From Eledone cirrhosa (Eukaryota): DNA of 64,000 nucleotides. Position 1 is the first letter of the stretch. Every line of letters starts with the position of its first letter. The stretch covers positions 8,990,001 through 9,054,000 of the forward strand of contig OZ024747.1 in assembly GCA_964016885.1 (NCBI GenBank). The letters run 5' to 3'. The notes under the pieces were generated by a model. That model saw nothing but the letters and a program-made list of their open reading frames with translations, did not search any database and was not told where the DNA came from. Position numbers and translations under genes: made by a program. Shown here one piece after another: positions 1 through 12,712 of the stretch.

Positions 1-14
1 TTTTCAGTCACAAG

Positions 15-253
15 CTACTGCTGCTGCTGCTACCACCACCACCACTACTACTACTACTACAAATACCACCACCACCACTACTACTACTACAAATACCACC
101 ACCACCACTACTACTACAAATACCACCACCACCACTACTACTACAACCGCCAACGCCACTACTACTATTACTACCACCACCACTACTGCTACCACCACCA
201 CCACCACCACCACTACTACTACCACCACCATTACCACCACAACTACTACCACC
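15..253. repeat. (ACC/ACT)n compound microsatellite
   Basis: Direct inspection. Similar tracts at 12160-12470 and 44640-44855. Confidence 0.95.
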
Positions 254-722
254 TTTATGCTTAGGTTGACGTTGCCTTCCGTCTCCATATGAGATTGATA
301 AAATAATACCTGACAAGGTATTGCAGTCCATTTAGTGAAACCAGTGAAAGAATAACTTAACATAAATGGAGTCTGATTAAGCAGTTAAAAACAAGAAAAC
401 AGCTCACCTGTAGCACTGATTGATAATGGTTAGACAGCACAACAGGTGAATTTAAAATGTCATTTGTTGTTTGCAAATGATTCATAGATGTGTTTGTTAC
501 CAGTCCAATAATTCATACCTCAACCCACCTGAAAAGTTTCCATTTTTGAACATATTGCTCATTGCCACCACCAATGGTAACTTTAATTGCAAATTCCACC
601 ACAAGACAAGGTACAATGTACCAGGGCCTTAAAACATGTGGCTGTGTTTACAAGTCTTGGATACTGCAACAAAGCTGTACACCCATTAGCCCAGAAGCCT
701 GAAACTAAACTTGCACTCTGCC

Positions 723-938
723 TTAACCCTTTAGCATTTACTTTACTCTATATTTACTATTATATTTTCACAATAAAGGCTTTACCTCACATAATATCGA
801 ATCTATGAAATTTTGATATTATATATTTAGAGAACAATACCTTAAAATCAGTATGAGTGGCTGGTTACAGCAGGTTTGAACAGAAAGAGGTGAGAGAATT
901 CTGGCCGGATACAACTGGTTTAAATGCTAAAGGGTTAA
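723..938. mobile_element. piggyBac-type MITE (208 bp) with TTAA TSD
   Basis: TTAA(723-726) CCCTTTAGCATTTA(727-740) ... TAAATGCTAAAGGG(921-934) TTAA(935-938): perfect 14-bp TIRs. Confidence 0.9.
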
Positions 939-1477
939 ACAGATGTTCCTTATGTTGTATCAACAAATAATTAAGCAATATATCAGCCAATCATCAGGGG
1001 GACACTGTTAATTAATTACTCAGTTTAGTTTATATTTATTGCCATCGTTAAAGTTAATAGAAATATTCAAAAATATACTGATTACACCACCTGTCTCCAC
1101 ACCACTCTCCAGATGCACCCGTTGATTTGTTATTATGGCTCACACCTGTGTAGGTTTAACTGGTCACTGATAACATTGCCTGTCACAGAGAGGTTTCTTG
1201 GATGCTTTAATGATAGAGGCCTCTGTCTTACCATTTTTCTGGTGAGAGGTGGCAGCATTTCCACTCAGAATGCACAGGTCTTGCCAATGCTTAAACTCAT
1301 GAATATTTAACTATTATAGAGTTTGATTGACCCCATTCACTTACTGAGTGAGGTGGAACTCGTCATATTGAACCAAGGAAACAATGTTTCCATTGGTCTT
1401 TCCAGTGCTGATACTATCTACTGGTCACAACTATTAACCCACTGAAAACTGTCCAAAAGGTTTTGGAGTTTAATAAT

Positions 1478-1664
1478 TGTTTCTACTTTAGGCACAAGGC
1501 CAGCAATTACCCAGTGCATTACCGGTACTTTATTTTATCGACCCCGTAAGGATGAAAGGCAAAGTCAACCTCGGCGGGATTTGAATTCAGATCGTAAAGG
1601 GACGTAACTATGCTGGAAAGCATGGCGTCCGACCCTCTACCGATACTGCCAATCCACTGCCCTA
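1478..1664 (-). mobile_element. Young tRNA-derived SINE (family A), full length
   Basis: Head has A-box (TGGCAGTATCGG) and B-box-like (GAATTCAAATCC) motifs. Central GCCTTTCATCCTTACGGGGTCGATAAAAT resembles the MetaSINE domain. 15-bp TSD TTGGAGTTTAATAAT at 1463-1477 and 1665-1679. Confidence 0.9.
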
Positions 1665-2088
1665 TTGGAGTTTAATAATACCAACCTACCAGAAAAGATC
1701 TATTCATATTTATATATATATATATATTAATGACTGGAACTTATATCTATTTCAAAATACTTAAATATATTTCTAGGATAAAATTACATAAAAATAATAA
1801 AGAATTTAATATTTAGACAAATATACAGAAAAAGAAAGCAGCGTTGGAAAGAACTATAAATGCCATAAATGAGAGGAAAAAAACAAGGACTATTAGGCAA
1901 CGGAAGAAAGAAAGGGGGAAGGGAAGAGGGTGACAGACTCTACACCTAGGTCAGCGTGGGGTTTTGGCTGCACCCCATTCCAGCATTTTTCATCATGAAA
2001 TTTGTACTCGCTGAATTTTAGGGCATTTTTTTCCCATTGAAATTTGAAAAATTTTTCTGTTACTGTTTTATGTTTTAAATAAAAACAG

Positions 2089-3600
2089 ATTCAGGAGGAG
2101 AAGTGACTTTGAATTTGAAAGATATATAAAAGAAACTGGAAAAGTGAGTGAAAAACGACGCAAAACCACATGAGAAGTATTGAATCAGTTATCTCAGTGA
2201 TTCTGATTATAACAACAGTGATACAGATAAGGAAAATTATAGTTTCCAAGAAAATGGAGTGAAAGCATGAAAAAAACAACAAAAAAAATGCAAAAGCACT
2301 GGTGATGCAAAAGCTGTGGATTATTGGGTTTTTTGTTGTTATTTCCCCCACTTGAAATGTTCCAGGCCATAACTGTGGAAACTAATTGCAAGATAAACTG
2401 TAAACAAACTCAGAGATTGATTATGGTTTCCTACATGCTTCAAGGAAATTCAGGCATTTTTTGTTATAAATGGACATTAAGAAGCTGTCCAGGATTATCA
2501 ACTACTGGAATATAGATAAATCTCTTGATGGCTGATATGTTTCTAGTATAATAATTGTTTCTACTTTAGGCACAAGGCCAGCAATTACCCAGTGCATTAC
2601 TGGTACTTTATTTTATCGACCCCGTAAGGATGAAAGGCAAAGTCAACCCCAAATGTTTCTAGTATAATAATATATACAAACATGTTTCATAAAACTTTGC
2701 TAATACTTCCACATAACCCCTTATATAAAATAAGACCCCTTCTGAACTGCGTCGAAAATAGATATAAATCCTACTATCAAGTAGAAAAAAAGACTACCCA
2801 GTGATAATGAGATGGTGGGGTATAAAGGTCAGATACCTGTTAAACAATACAGGCAAGCCCTCAAATTTGGGATTTAAAACTTGAAAATTTGCAAGTTATG
2901 TACTGGATATTACGGTAGATTTATTTATTGTTATATGGAAAAGAGAGACAGTGTTCCAAGTCAGCATGGCCTAGGGTATGATCTGGTCAGGAAACTATCA
3001 TTTCCTTACCATAACTAATGTCATATAATATATTTTGACTTGTTTATTAGTTCAGTAAAACTTGCAGTTGACTTAGAAGCTGTGGAAGACAGCAAATAGA
3101 AAAGAGCTGCTGCTGAGTATAAAAGAAGATATTATCCAATGTCAGAAAGGAAAGAAATTTACTAACAACTGCGTACAAGGACAAGAAATAAATTTATTTT
3201 CTAGCAACCAATGCCAAACCACATGTGGATGGAAATAGCACACCATTTGTAAATCAAGATTATAACAGTTTTATGAGCAGTGTGAAATCTGATAAATCAG
3301 ATGATGAATTATTACCCAGTTGGTAGACTAGGTAATAAATGGTGGCAATACCTCGCTTGGTATATAGAAAATTCTTTCTTTTTTTACTATGTACCAAATC
3401 TCAAGATACTCAAAAGTTTGGTGACCTTCTTCACTTGAGTAGCAAATGGAGCAACACAGTTGAGGACATAGAATTCATTAAACCACATTAAAAAAAAAAA
3501 AAAATTCCGAGATTTTATATGTAAGTTTTGTAATTTTGAAACAAAAATTATGTAATGGATTTAAGAAACTTTTGTTAAGCTGTGTTCCAAAGGACATGTT
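2089..3600 (+). pseudogene. Degenerate piggyBac transposase, interrupted by a SINE at 2556-2652
   Basis: Hand translation across frameshifts and stops gives collinear piggyBac DDD motifs from 2712 to ~3365: HNPLYKIRPLLN; SDNEMVGYKG..KQY..KP..GFK; HGLGYDLVRKL..YHN*CHIIYFD; QDYNSFMSSV..YYPVGRLGNKWWQYL. An acidic N-terminal stretch (SDSDYNNSDTDKE) is at ~2195-2235. Outer boundaries are approximate. Confidence 0.85.
2556..2652 (-). mobile_element. SINE family A, 5'-truncated
   Basis: Identical 3' half. 19-bp TSD ATGTTTCTAGTATAATAAT at 2537-2555 and 2653-2671. Confidence 0.9.
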
Positions 3601-4984
3601 GATATATCAATAAACTAAACAGTTATAGTTGCTTTACAAATCTGTCTAAATTATTGTTTATTTCAGAATTTAATTGAAACACATGAAGGTATATTAATGG
3701 ACACATTTCAAAATAGTCAATACCTATGCAAAATGGCCCCGAAATGCAGCATATGAGACGCAGTACTATTGAAACCATTATCGAGAAACTAGCAGAATTA
3801 TTCAACTGTCTTAGAGAACAAGAAGGTGGTTGTCAAACTGCTACAGCAATCACCAGTTTCTGTCAACTCAACTACATAGGCCTGCTACTTTATCACAAAT
3901 CAAACAAGTTGAGAGATTTCTTTTATAGATATTTTCAAGTGTCCTCCGTTCAAAGTCCAAGAGGAAGGACTGCTAGAATACACTACCGAGGCTTTTTTTT
4001 TTATGATTTACCACTCATACAACCCCAAACCTCAGTAGTGAAGGTGAGAGGTTGCACACTACAAGACAAGGGGTGACCAATTAGATAAAACATGACAGTC
4101 AGCCTTTCATCACCATATTTCTAACGAAAGACACTGCTTACGATTTTCAAATCATTTTGACAATAATTAAGAATTCAGAAGGATTAAATAATATAACTTT
4201 CTCATTATTAAGCTGGTGTTTGGAACATAACTTAAAGGTTCTTATATAAAATTATAATGAAAGTTTTTTTTAGATATATATAACCATTTAAAAATATACA
4301 GCTTAGTATTGTAGAACTAGATGTAGTTTGGTATCAAAAGGGATAAATAGAAGAGAGGGGAAATGGAACATCATGACCAAGAACTGCAATTGTCAAAGAT
4401 GGTTTGGGATTTTCTGTTAAATACATTTCAGTTTGAAGCCAGTGAAACACAAACAGTGGCCACCATTCAGAGAAACTTGCCTCCAAATAACAGAAGGTTC
4501 CTGTTAACTAGTGCTGGACAATCTTTGAACTAAGTCATATAACTGAGGCCTTCTGTAATTCTTTCATCACAATATTTTTAATGAAAGACTGCCAATTATT
4601 TTCAATAAATTTCGAAAATAATCAAGAATTTGGATAATCTTGGTAATATAACTAATTTTCTCATTATTAAGCTACTGTTTGGAACATAACAAAGGTTCTT
4701 ACATAGAATTATGACAGAAGGTTTTTTAGATATTATATATATACTTTAAAACAAATAGCATAGCATTGTAGAGCCAGGGGTTGTTTCAAGTGGTTTAATA
4801 TCAAAAGGGTTAAGAAAAAGGTGTCAGAGTGTACAAGTACTGTAAACAAGTATTTCTTTGTGAAGATGGACCAAATCTGCTGAAACTAGAACATTCCAAA
4901 TTCATGGTACCTTGGCCCTCTGAAACTATTGTTCAATGATTGGGCAATTTGTAGATGTCTTAGTATCTTCTAGAATAGAACTAT

Positions 4985-5612
4985 GACCCTTATCATTAAA
5001 GCAGCTGAGAAACCTTCTATGAGATGCAACCTCGGAGGAGGCCAGTTACACCTGCAGAGGTGTCAGCTGTAACAACATACATATCTGTGTGTATGATAGG
5101 ACTGGGGCTCCAATCATTAAAACACCCAAGAAACTTCCTACAAAATACAACTTTGTAGGAGGCCAGCTAAACCTGTATAGGTGTGAACTGTAATAACAAC
5201 ACAATAGGACTGAGGCACCAATCATTAAAGCATTCAAGAAACATCTTATGAGATACAAATATAGGAAGTTAGCTAAACTTGCTTAGGTGTGAGTTGAAAC
5301 AATAACAACATGATAGGACTGGGGTCCTTATCATTAAAACATTCCAGAAACATCCTATGATACAAACTTATGGGAGACCAGCTAAACCTGCAGACGTGAG
5401 CTAACAACATGATAGGATTGAGGTCCCTATTATCAAAACACCCAAGAAACCTATGAGACAACTATGTATGAGGCCAGTTAAACCTACAGAGTTGTGACAA
5501 CAACAATATGATGTTTGTATTGGGGTCCTTTTCATTAAAACACCCAAGGAACCTACAAAATACAGCCTTGTAACAGGCTAGCTAAACCTGTTTGGGTGTG
5601 AGCTGTAAATTT
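4985..5612 (+). repeat. Diverged tandem array of six ~100-120 bp SINE-tail units
   Basis: Recurrent GATAGGACTGGGG..ATCATTAAAACACCCAAGAAAC..GGCCAGCTAAACCT..GGTGTGAGCTGTAA. The last unit ends GCTGTAAATTT. Confidence 0.8.
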
Positions 5613-5911
5613 TCTTTTTCTTTTCTAGAATATATCAAAGATATCACCTAATTGTATAAATATGCAATAGCTTTCACAGCAGACACAAACAAACAGTAGA
5701 AGCAGAAATGGAAGTAAGGTCTAATCCCGTTGCACTTAAAACAAAACTCCTTGACTGATGATAAGAATTCAACCAGTTTGAGTTGCTTTGAAGCTAATGC
5801 TAACATAGTTTGACAAGGATTCTATAACTGCAATATACACACACATATATATATATATATTATACAATATATCAATATCTACATATTTCTCTCTCTCTAT
5901 ATATATATAAC

Positions 5912-6070
5912 GTTTAATACAGAAATGGCTTCTACGGGACTAGAACTGTTTCATTCAAATGAAACAGTTCTAGCTTCATAGAAGCAATTTCTATACTAAA
6001 CTTGATGTTTACGCTCTACTAATGTATTGAGTACCTTACTAACTGTGGTTACCCCCCCAATTGAACCTGA
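5912..6070 (+). mobile_element. Palindromic element of the same architecture
   Basis: AGAAATGGCTTCTACGGGACTAGAACTGTTTCATT-CA-AATGAAACAGTTCTAGCTTCATAGAAGCAATTTCT, then CTCTACTAATGTATTGAGTACC. A collapsed relative is at 37305-37395. Confidence 0.55.
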
Positions 6071-9000
6071 TATATATATATATATATATATAGATAGATA
6101 TGTTTCTTTATTAGCCACAGGGGCACAAAAGAAGGGGACAAATACAAAGGGGGAAGTTTACATACAATAAAAACGTGTAAAATGTTATCACAAATGCAAT
6201 ATATATAGATAGATAGATAGAGAGATAGATATATACATACATACATATACTCATATTTGCTTACAAAGGAGGTGGAGGCGGAAGAATATAAGCCTATGAG
6301 TACATATTATTATTAACCACACTCATTTGACAGTACTGACCTAATTGCTCAGAATGAACAATAAGAGCCGATGACACAGATGAGTGAAAGCTGAAGGAAA
6401 GTCAGGCCAGTTGCTTCACAGTAGTTACTAACAGTTATTTTCTATAGTAATACTAGTTAAACAAGGGTATTTCATATTTCACAGCAAAGAAAAGGCCAAC
6501 ACAACACAACACACCGACTGCGTGATCAGCACAAATACACTACACTCTTGTTATGTATCATTGATTAAACCTGCCCAAACATGAAACTGAATCATAACTC
6601 AAGGCCAGTGCTACCATTAAGCTCAACTAGGCAGCCACCTAAGATGCATACCTACCACAGAGAAACAAATTACTGATCCTAAAACGGTCACAGTTGTATA
6701 TAGAAATTAATATAATTAAATATATAGGCAGCAAATTGGCAGAGTTATTAGAACGTTGGATAAAATGCTTCATTGTATTCATTTCAGCTTTCTGCTCTCT
6801 GGGTCCAACTCCCATTGAAGGTCGATAAAAAAAAGTACCAGTTTAGTACTGAGTCGATTCTTCCTCTATATTTCTTTCCCACTTCAGTTTTTCTATTCAC
6901 TCTCTATCCTTCTCTGGAAGAAATCTGTGGTATTTAGACCTGGGAAGGAGACAGGCCAGGTCAGGTTTTAAAATACCGCAAGAAACACTGTACATCAATA
7001 TGGTGCTCCTATGACTCTCTCAGGAGTTACAGGACTACACATACATACATAATCAAATGTATAATTTCCAATAAATAAATCACTAAAGACCTTTGTTGTG
7101 TAGCAGTAATTAGGAAATATCCAAAGCATTGATGATGTTGTATGGTTTTATGACCTGTCATGTAATTTGGTATGGGTGAGTGTGAACTGTGTAGTAGAAA
7201 ATGCAGGCTTAGTAATTTTCTTAGTTGTGGTCAGAGCAAGACATGTCAAAATTTAGGTTTGTCAGCTTGTCAAACTGTAAGTTGAAATTATATCTGGGAT
7301 AAATGAAGCACTCATTGTAGAGAAAGCCTAGGATGCTACCTATTCACTTATTCATGTGTCAGCCCTGATCATACTGATTATAATGATGATAACACCGATT
7401 CATTTCCTCATAGAGGATATAAAACTACATAATCTTAGAAACTCAATTAGATCTTTTAGTAAAGCACACAAGTTTATAACAAATACAAAAGAGAGTTTGT
7501 TCTGTTTCAATAAGATTAGTGTATCCCAGTAATGATTATTAATTGAATATACTAAGCTATCAACACTCCTCATACTCACACACAGTATATAGACAATTAA
7601 ACAGGTTAAATATACATAAACCCCTGTAAATTACCTCTGTACTGTATATATACAGACCATGCCAAGATAAATGTTAAACGATGATGATGCTGATTAAGTT
7701 ATCGTATAATTTGGCTGCTTAGTGTACAACTTAATTTATATCTTAATTAACAATCAGCATAAACACTAATAATATGCAAATTAGTATATCCATTTCAGGA
7801 TACTATTATAAGTGATAAAGTAAATAAGCTTCTCATTTATTTCCTTGTGGTTGTTTAGATGATGTACATACCTTCTGATGAGGATCCCAAAAGGTATTTA
7901 TCATTTTTGTTTTTCAAAGCAACATGTATATTTGGCATGTTGACATGTACTAAAAATGTGTAAATTTATACACATTTATAGTCTTGATTACCGAGATATG
8001 TATATATCAGTGATTCTTAATGTGGAGTATATGCCTACAGGGGGGAAATTTGAATATTTAAGGGGGGCAATTTGAAAATGAAGTTAATGAGAACAAACTC
8101 CAGGTTTTACTTTATTACTCTTACACCAAGGCAACTTTGGTACACATTACTGTCTCACCTCCTCCACACACGTTACTGTGCATCTTGGCACCATCTTTAT
8201 GCCAATTTATTTACACTTTGCAGTTGATCATCACTGTTTTCATATCAAAGGGAGGCATAACATTGTTTGAGATGTAAATCTATCATATCCACACACACAC
8301 ACACAATATATATGTGTTTCTTGCCAACATGGACCTTCACAAGTTTCCGCAGATTCCAGTTTTTTACCTGAAAACGTTATAGGTCGTCTGATATAGTTAT
8401 GGAGTTTGGTTCAGGTACAACTGAATTTAGCAGCACTGAAACAGCTTTACAGACATAATAATGAGGCTAGTTATCTCCGCCAAAAATAATAATCAAATTT
8501 GTAAACAAGCAAATACTGCAGCTGAAGAAAAGTTGCAGTATTTATATGAAAAAAAAATGAAATTTACAGCTTACGCATCTGCAAGTTTAGTTGGCCTCAG
8601 ATAAGGTTGCATCTCATAAAAGGTTTCTTGGATGTTTTTTTAATAAGAGCCCCAATCCTATCATAATATATGCACATCTTATTACAACTCACACCTATGC
8701 AGTTTTAGCTGACCTCTCAAGATTTCTTCATAGAGACCCCAGTTCTATCATGAAAAGCAATATGAAATGAAGTGTCTTGCTTAAGAACACAACACACAGC
8801 CTGGTTCAGGAATTAAACCCATGATCATGAATCCAACACCTTATTGACCCAGAAATAATGAAAATACTGTTATCTGAAGCAATCAAAAATATATTTTGCT
8901 TTCAAATTGTCTTGAACCTTTTAGGACTGTATTTTTTATTGAAATACACTGTATGACTCGGGGTTCTTTTTTTAATATTCAAGAATTTGGAGGGATGGGA

Positions 9001-9529
9001 AACAATCTAAATACATAATCCTGGAGATGGAAATCAAACATTTATAGTAAATAAACTCTAGAACTGTATGTATTATCAGTGAGGATTATAGCACAGTCAA
9101 AACTGAGTCAGACTGAACTTTTTCTAAGCTGACACTCCAAAGATGGACCATAGAGAATATTGCTTCAAAGGAGTTAACACATCATCATCATTCTCAGCTT
9201 TTATCTGTCTACAGTGAAGGCTTATCAAAGCAGGTGCCAATTGATCCCATCCTGTGCAGCTCTCATCCATGTAAGACTGATAAATATATTGGTCTTCTAT
9301 CTCATCTGCAGTCTTTTTAAAGAACGTAAACCTGTTCCATGCAGTTTCTATTCTGTACATAGCTTTGTCCATCTGTTGTCATATATAAATTAAATTATAA
9401 GAATGCTATTAATTGTTAAATCTATTCTACGCTAGGAATTAGAATGATCGATATCACATCAAACATAAATTCAAGGGGCAAGATTTTAATATAATTAATA
9501 ATAATTATAAAACTTTATATAGAAATAAT

Positions 9530-9710
9530 TGTTTCTACTTTTGGCACAAGGCCAGCAATTACCCAGTGCATTACTGGTACTTTATTTTATCGACCTCGTA
9601 AGGATGAAAGGCAAATTTAACCTCGGCGGGATTTGAATTCAGATCATAAAGGGCCGTAACACTTTGCTGCAAAGCATGATGTCCAACCCTCTACCGATAC
9701 TGCCAATTCA
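9530..9710 (-). mobile_element. SINE family A
   Basis: Near-identical to 1478-1664. TSD AGAAATAAT. Confidence 0.9.
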
Positions 9711-9753
9711 AGAAATAATGATTTATATTAAGAAAATCAATAGATTCAATGGA

Positions 9754-9989
9754 TTAATCCTTTCATTACTATATTTCCAATGAAAGAATTGGAACTATAT
9801 AACTAACTTTTTCATTTTTAAGCTGGTGTTTGGAACATAACTTAATAAAGTCTATGGCTTCATTCTCTAATGTGTTTCTTCTTTTTAACAATGGAAAGTT
9901 TAAATTCAAATATGAACACTTTAAAAATAAACAGTTTCATATCATAAAACCAGGGGTAGTTTCAGGCGATTTGGTGTCAAAGGGGTTAA
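9754..9989 (+). mobile_element. piggyBac-type MITE family P2 (representative copy)
   Basis: TTAA-(C/T)CCTTTCATTAC... to ...GGT(A/G)TCAAA(A/G)GGG-TTAA with a shared interior (AAGCTGGTGTTTGGAACATAAC). Related copies at ~4100-4346, 4555-4812, 11463-11937, 12980-13486, 13994-14305(-), 14345-15108, 20450-20590(-), 24065-24200(-), 25686-25928, 55325-55550. Confidence 0.75.
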
Positions 9990-11074
9990 ATAACATAGTA
10001 TTTAGAACCCATAAAAATTAAAGACCAGTCAAGTATTGTTTATCCCACCCCCTAAAAAATTTGTGAAATAGCACCTCTGTTATAATCATGTCTTATGTTG
10101 ACAAGATTGAATGTAGACGTAATTGTCACTAGAACTTATCTAACCCAACCCCAGAAGAGTGAAAAGCTAAGTCAGAACTGTGAGACATCAAAGTAAATAC
10201 TGTTAAACACCTAGTGTAAGATGTTCACTATTTATATGTGGTTTAGTTCAATGAAATTTCAGCTCACACCTATACAGCTTTAGTTGGACTCCTACATCTC
10301 ATGAGAGGTTCCTTGGGTGTTTTAATGTTAAGGACCCCAGTTCTATTATGAAAAGTGATGTGAAACACATCATCATCATTCTCAGCCTTTATCTGTCTAC
10401 AATGAAGTGAAGGCTTATCAAAGCAGGTGCCAATTGGCATCTTGCTCAAGAATCCAATGCACCATCGAGTCCAAGAATTGAACCCATAACCTTATGATTA
10501 TGAGTGCCATTATTGTAACAACTATGTAAGCCACATGTAAGTCATCTGCATGTAAGTGGTTTTGTTCAATGAATTAAATCATAATGAACCAATCAAAGAA
10601 ATCAATAAAACTAAGGTCATACTGAACTAAAGTCATACTGAACTAAGCTATACTTATTACAAAATCATTTATTACAAAATATTTCAAAAGCTGTATTCAT
10701 TATTAAATATTGAAAAAAAAAAAAGGAAAAAAAAAAGAAAAGAAATGTGGAAATGACTTTAATGTTTGTGTATAAATTATTATTTTATTATTTGTGGAGT
10801 TAAAAGTTTTCCAAAGATCAAATATATATTTTATTATAGAGAAATATTGAAATGCGTGTCTACACCCAAAGCATACTAAATAAAAAAATAAAAAAATCAT
10901 AAAATCACATTATAGGTAATTTTATAACAAATGTATGGATATATGTTATGAACTAGCAGGGGAGAACCAGGTAGGGCAAGGTAAAACATAATGGAATTAT
11001 ATTTCTATCAAGTCTTATAGACATTCTTTTTGTAGTTAATCTTTTATGTGGGTAGATATTATTATCATCATCAT

Positions 11075-11455
11075 CATCATTATTATTTTGCACATTATCA
11101 CTGCATTACTGAGCGCAGCTCTGTGTGTCTTGGCTATGTGCAGTGTAGTTTTTGGTGGTGTTGCTTCTATTGTATTGACAGTACTCTTTGTAAGGTGTGT
11201 GCAGTGCCTAATAGTGCTATCTTTTGTATGTTGTATATATTTGTAAGTCCTGGGGTGTTGGTTATGTATCCGCCTGTGTATTTTTTTAATCATTCCCAGA
11301 GCCTCTATTATTAAAGATATTGTTTCTGTCTTCATCACCTACATTTCTATCTCTAGATCTTTATATTTGGATAGTTTCTCCATTTCCTTGGTAGACATAG
11401 TGTTGTCTGTGGAGATTGATACATCAATTGGAAGACTTTGTAGTCTTTGACTACT
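11075..11455 (-). mobile_element. 3' end of an RLE-type non-LTR retrotransposon (R4/Dong-like)
   Basis: Translates IDVSISTDNTMSTKEMEKLSKYKDLEIE..KTETISLIIEALGMIKK..(frameshift)..IQKIALLGTAH, a restriction-like endonuclease C-terminus. Confidence 0.8.
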
Positions 11456-12530
11456 ATTTACTATTTTTGTTACAATATTTCTAATGAAAGATACTGCTGA
11501 TGATTTTCAAATAATTTTGAAAATAATCAAGAATTTGGAGGGATTTAGTAAAACAACTTTTTCATTATTGTGGATTGGCAGAATCCTAAGAGCATTGAAT
11601 AGAATGCTTTACAATATTTGTTCCAGAACTCTGTACTCTGAGTTCAAATCCTACCAAGGTTAACTTTCTCTTTCATCATTTAGGGGTCCATGAAATAAAG
11701 TACCAGTTAAGTACTGGGGGTCGATATTATTGACGTTTCCCTCCCCCAAAATTACAATAACAGGCTTTGTTCCTGAAGTAGAAATCACTATTAAGCTGAT
11801 GTTTGGAACATAACAAAGGTTCTTACAAAAAAATTATGATTGAAAGTTTTAGATAGAATGTAAACACTTTTAAAACAAACAGTTTTGTATCATAGAACCA
11901 GGGGCGGTCTCAGGTATTTTGGTATCAAAAGAGTTGAATATGTTTTTGTTCAATCTGTTCATCATGTCGCTTATCTTCACTTTATTGGTGAAGAAGGTAT
12001 CTGCCATCTTATTTTTCAGCTTACACACACTCTGTTGTTCTTTGACAGTGTAGTCAGCTCAATAGAATTACTGACAAAAAAGCTTTGGAAACTTAAACAG
12101 CATCATGCTAGTCTGCTTTTGTTGAGTTTGGTTTTACCAGCCATCAGCAGCATGACTACTGTTACCACCACCTGCACAACAACATCACAATAATACCAGC
12201 AGCAGCAGCAGCACTACCACTACCACAATAACATCCCAACCACCACAACCATCAACATCACTATTATAACTACAATCATCACAACACCATTACAATGAAT
12301 ATCACCACTAGAACCACCACTGCCACCACCACCATCACTACTACAACTACCACCACTACCACCACTAGAACCATCTCTACCACAGCCACCACCAACAGCA
12401 ACACCACTACTGTGAGTATCACCACTACAACCATCACCACCTCCACTACCACCACACTGAACATCACCACATTTCATGTATATCATAGTCAATACAATAA
12501 AATACCAGCCCAGTAATATAATAATAATAA

Positions 12531-12712
12531 TAGTTTCTACTTTTGGCACAAGGCCATCAATTACCCAGTGCATTACTGGTACTTTATTTTATCGACCCTA
12601 TAAGGATGAAAGGCAAAGTTAACCTCGGCGGGATTTGAACTCAGAATGGCAAGGGCCGTAACTCTATGCGTCAAAGCATGGTGTCCGAACTTCTACCGAT
12701 ACTGCCAATCCA
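12531..12712 (-). mobile_element. SINE family A
   Basis: Near-identical to 1478-1664, inserted in an (AAT)n tract. Confidence 0.88.

Noticed and set aside
3726-4076. 116-aa ORF MQNGPEM...
   Set aside because: No recognisable domain. At most a faint LINE zinc-knuckle resemblance in another frame.
4985-5612. CRISPR-like appearance of spaced repeats (also 26575-26780, 53420-53570)
   Set aside because: The units are diverged along their whole length with no unique spacers, there are no cas genes, and the context is eukaryotic.
9124-9372. 82-aa ORF MDKAMYRIETAWNRF...
   Set aside because: RI..AW..F resembles a decayed RTE ORF2 C-terminus, and there is no support for a host gene.
11940-12075. Minus-strand exon candidate (MADTFFTNKVKISDMMNRL..)
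   Set aside because: It runs into a MITE, and I found no coherent donor or recognisable homology.
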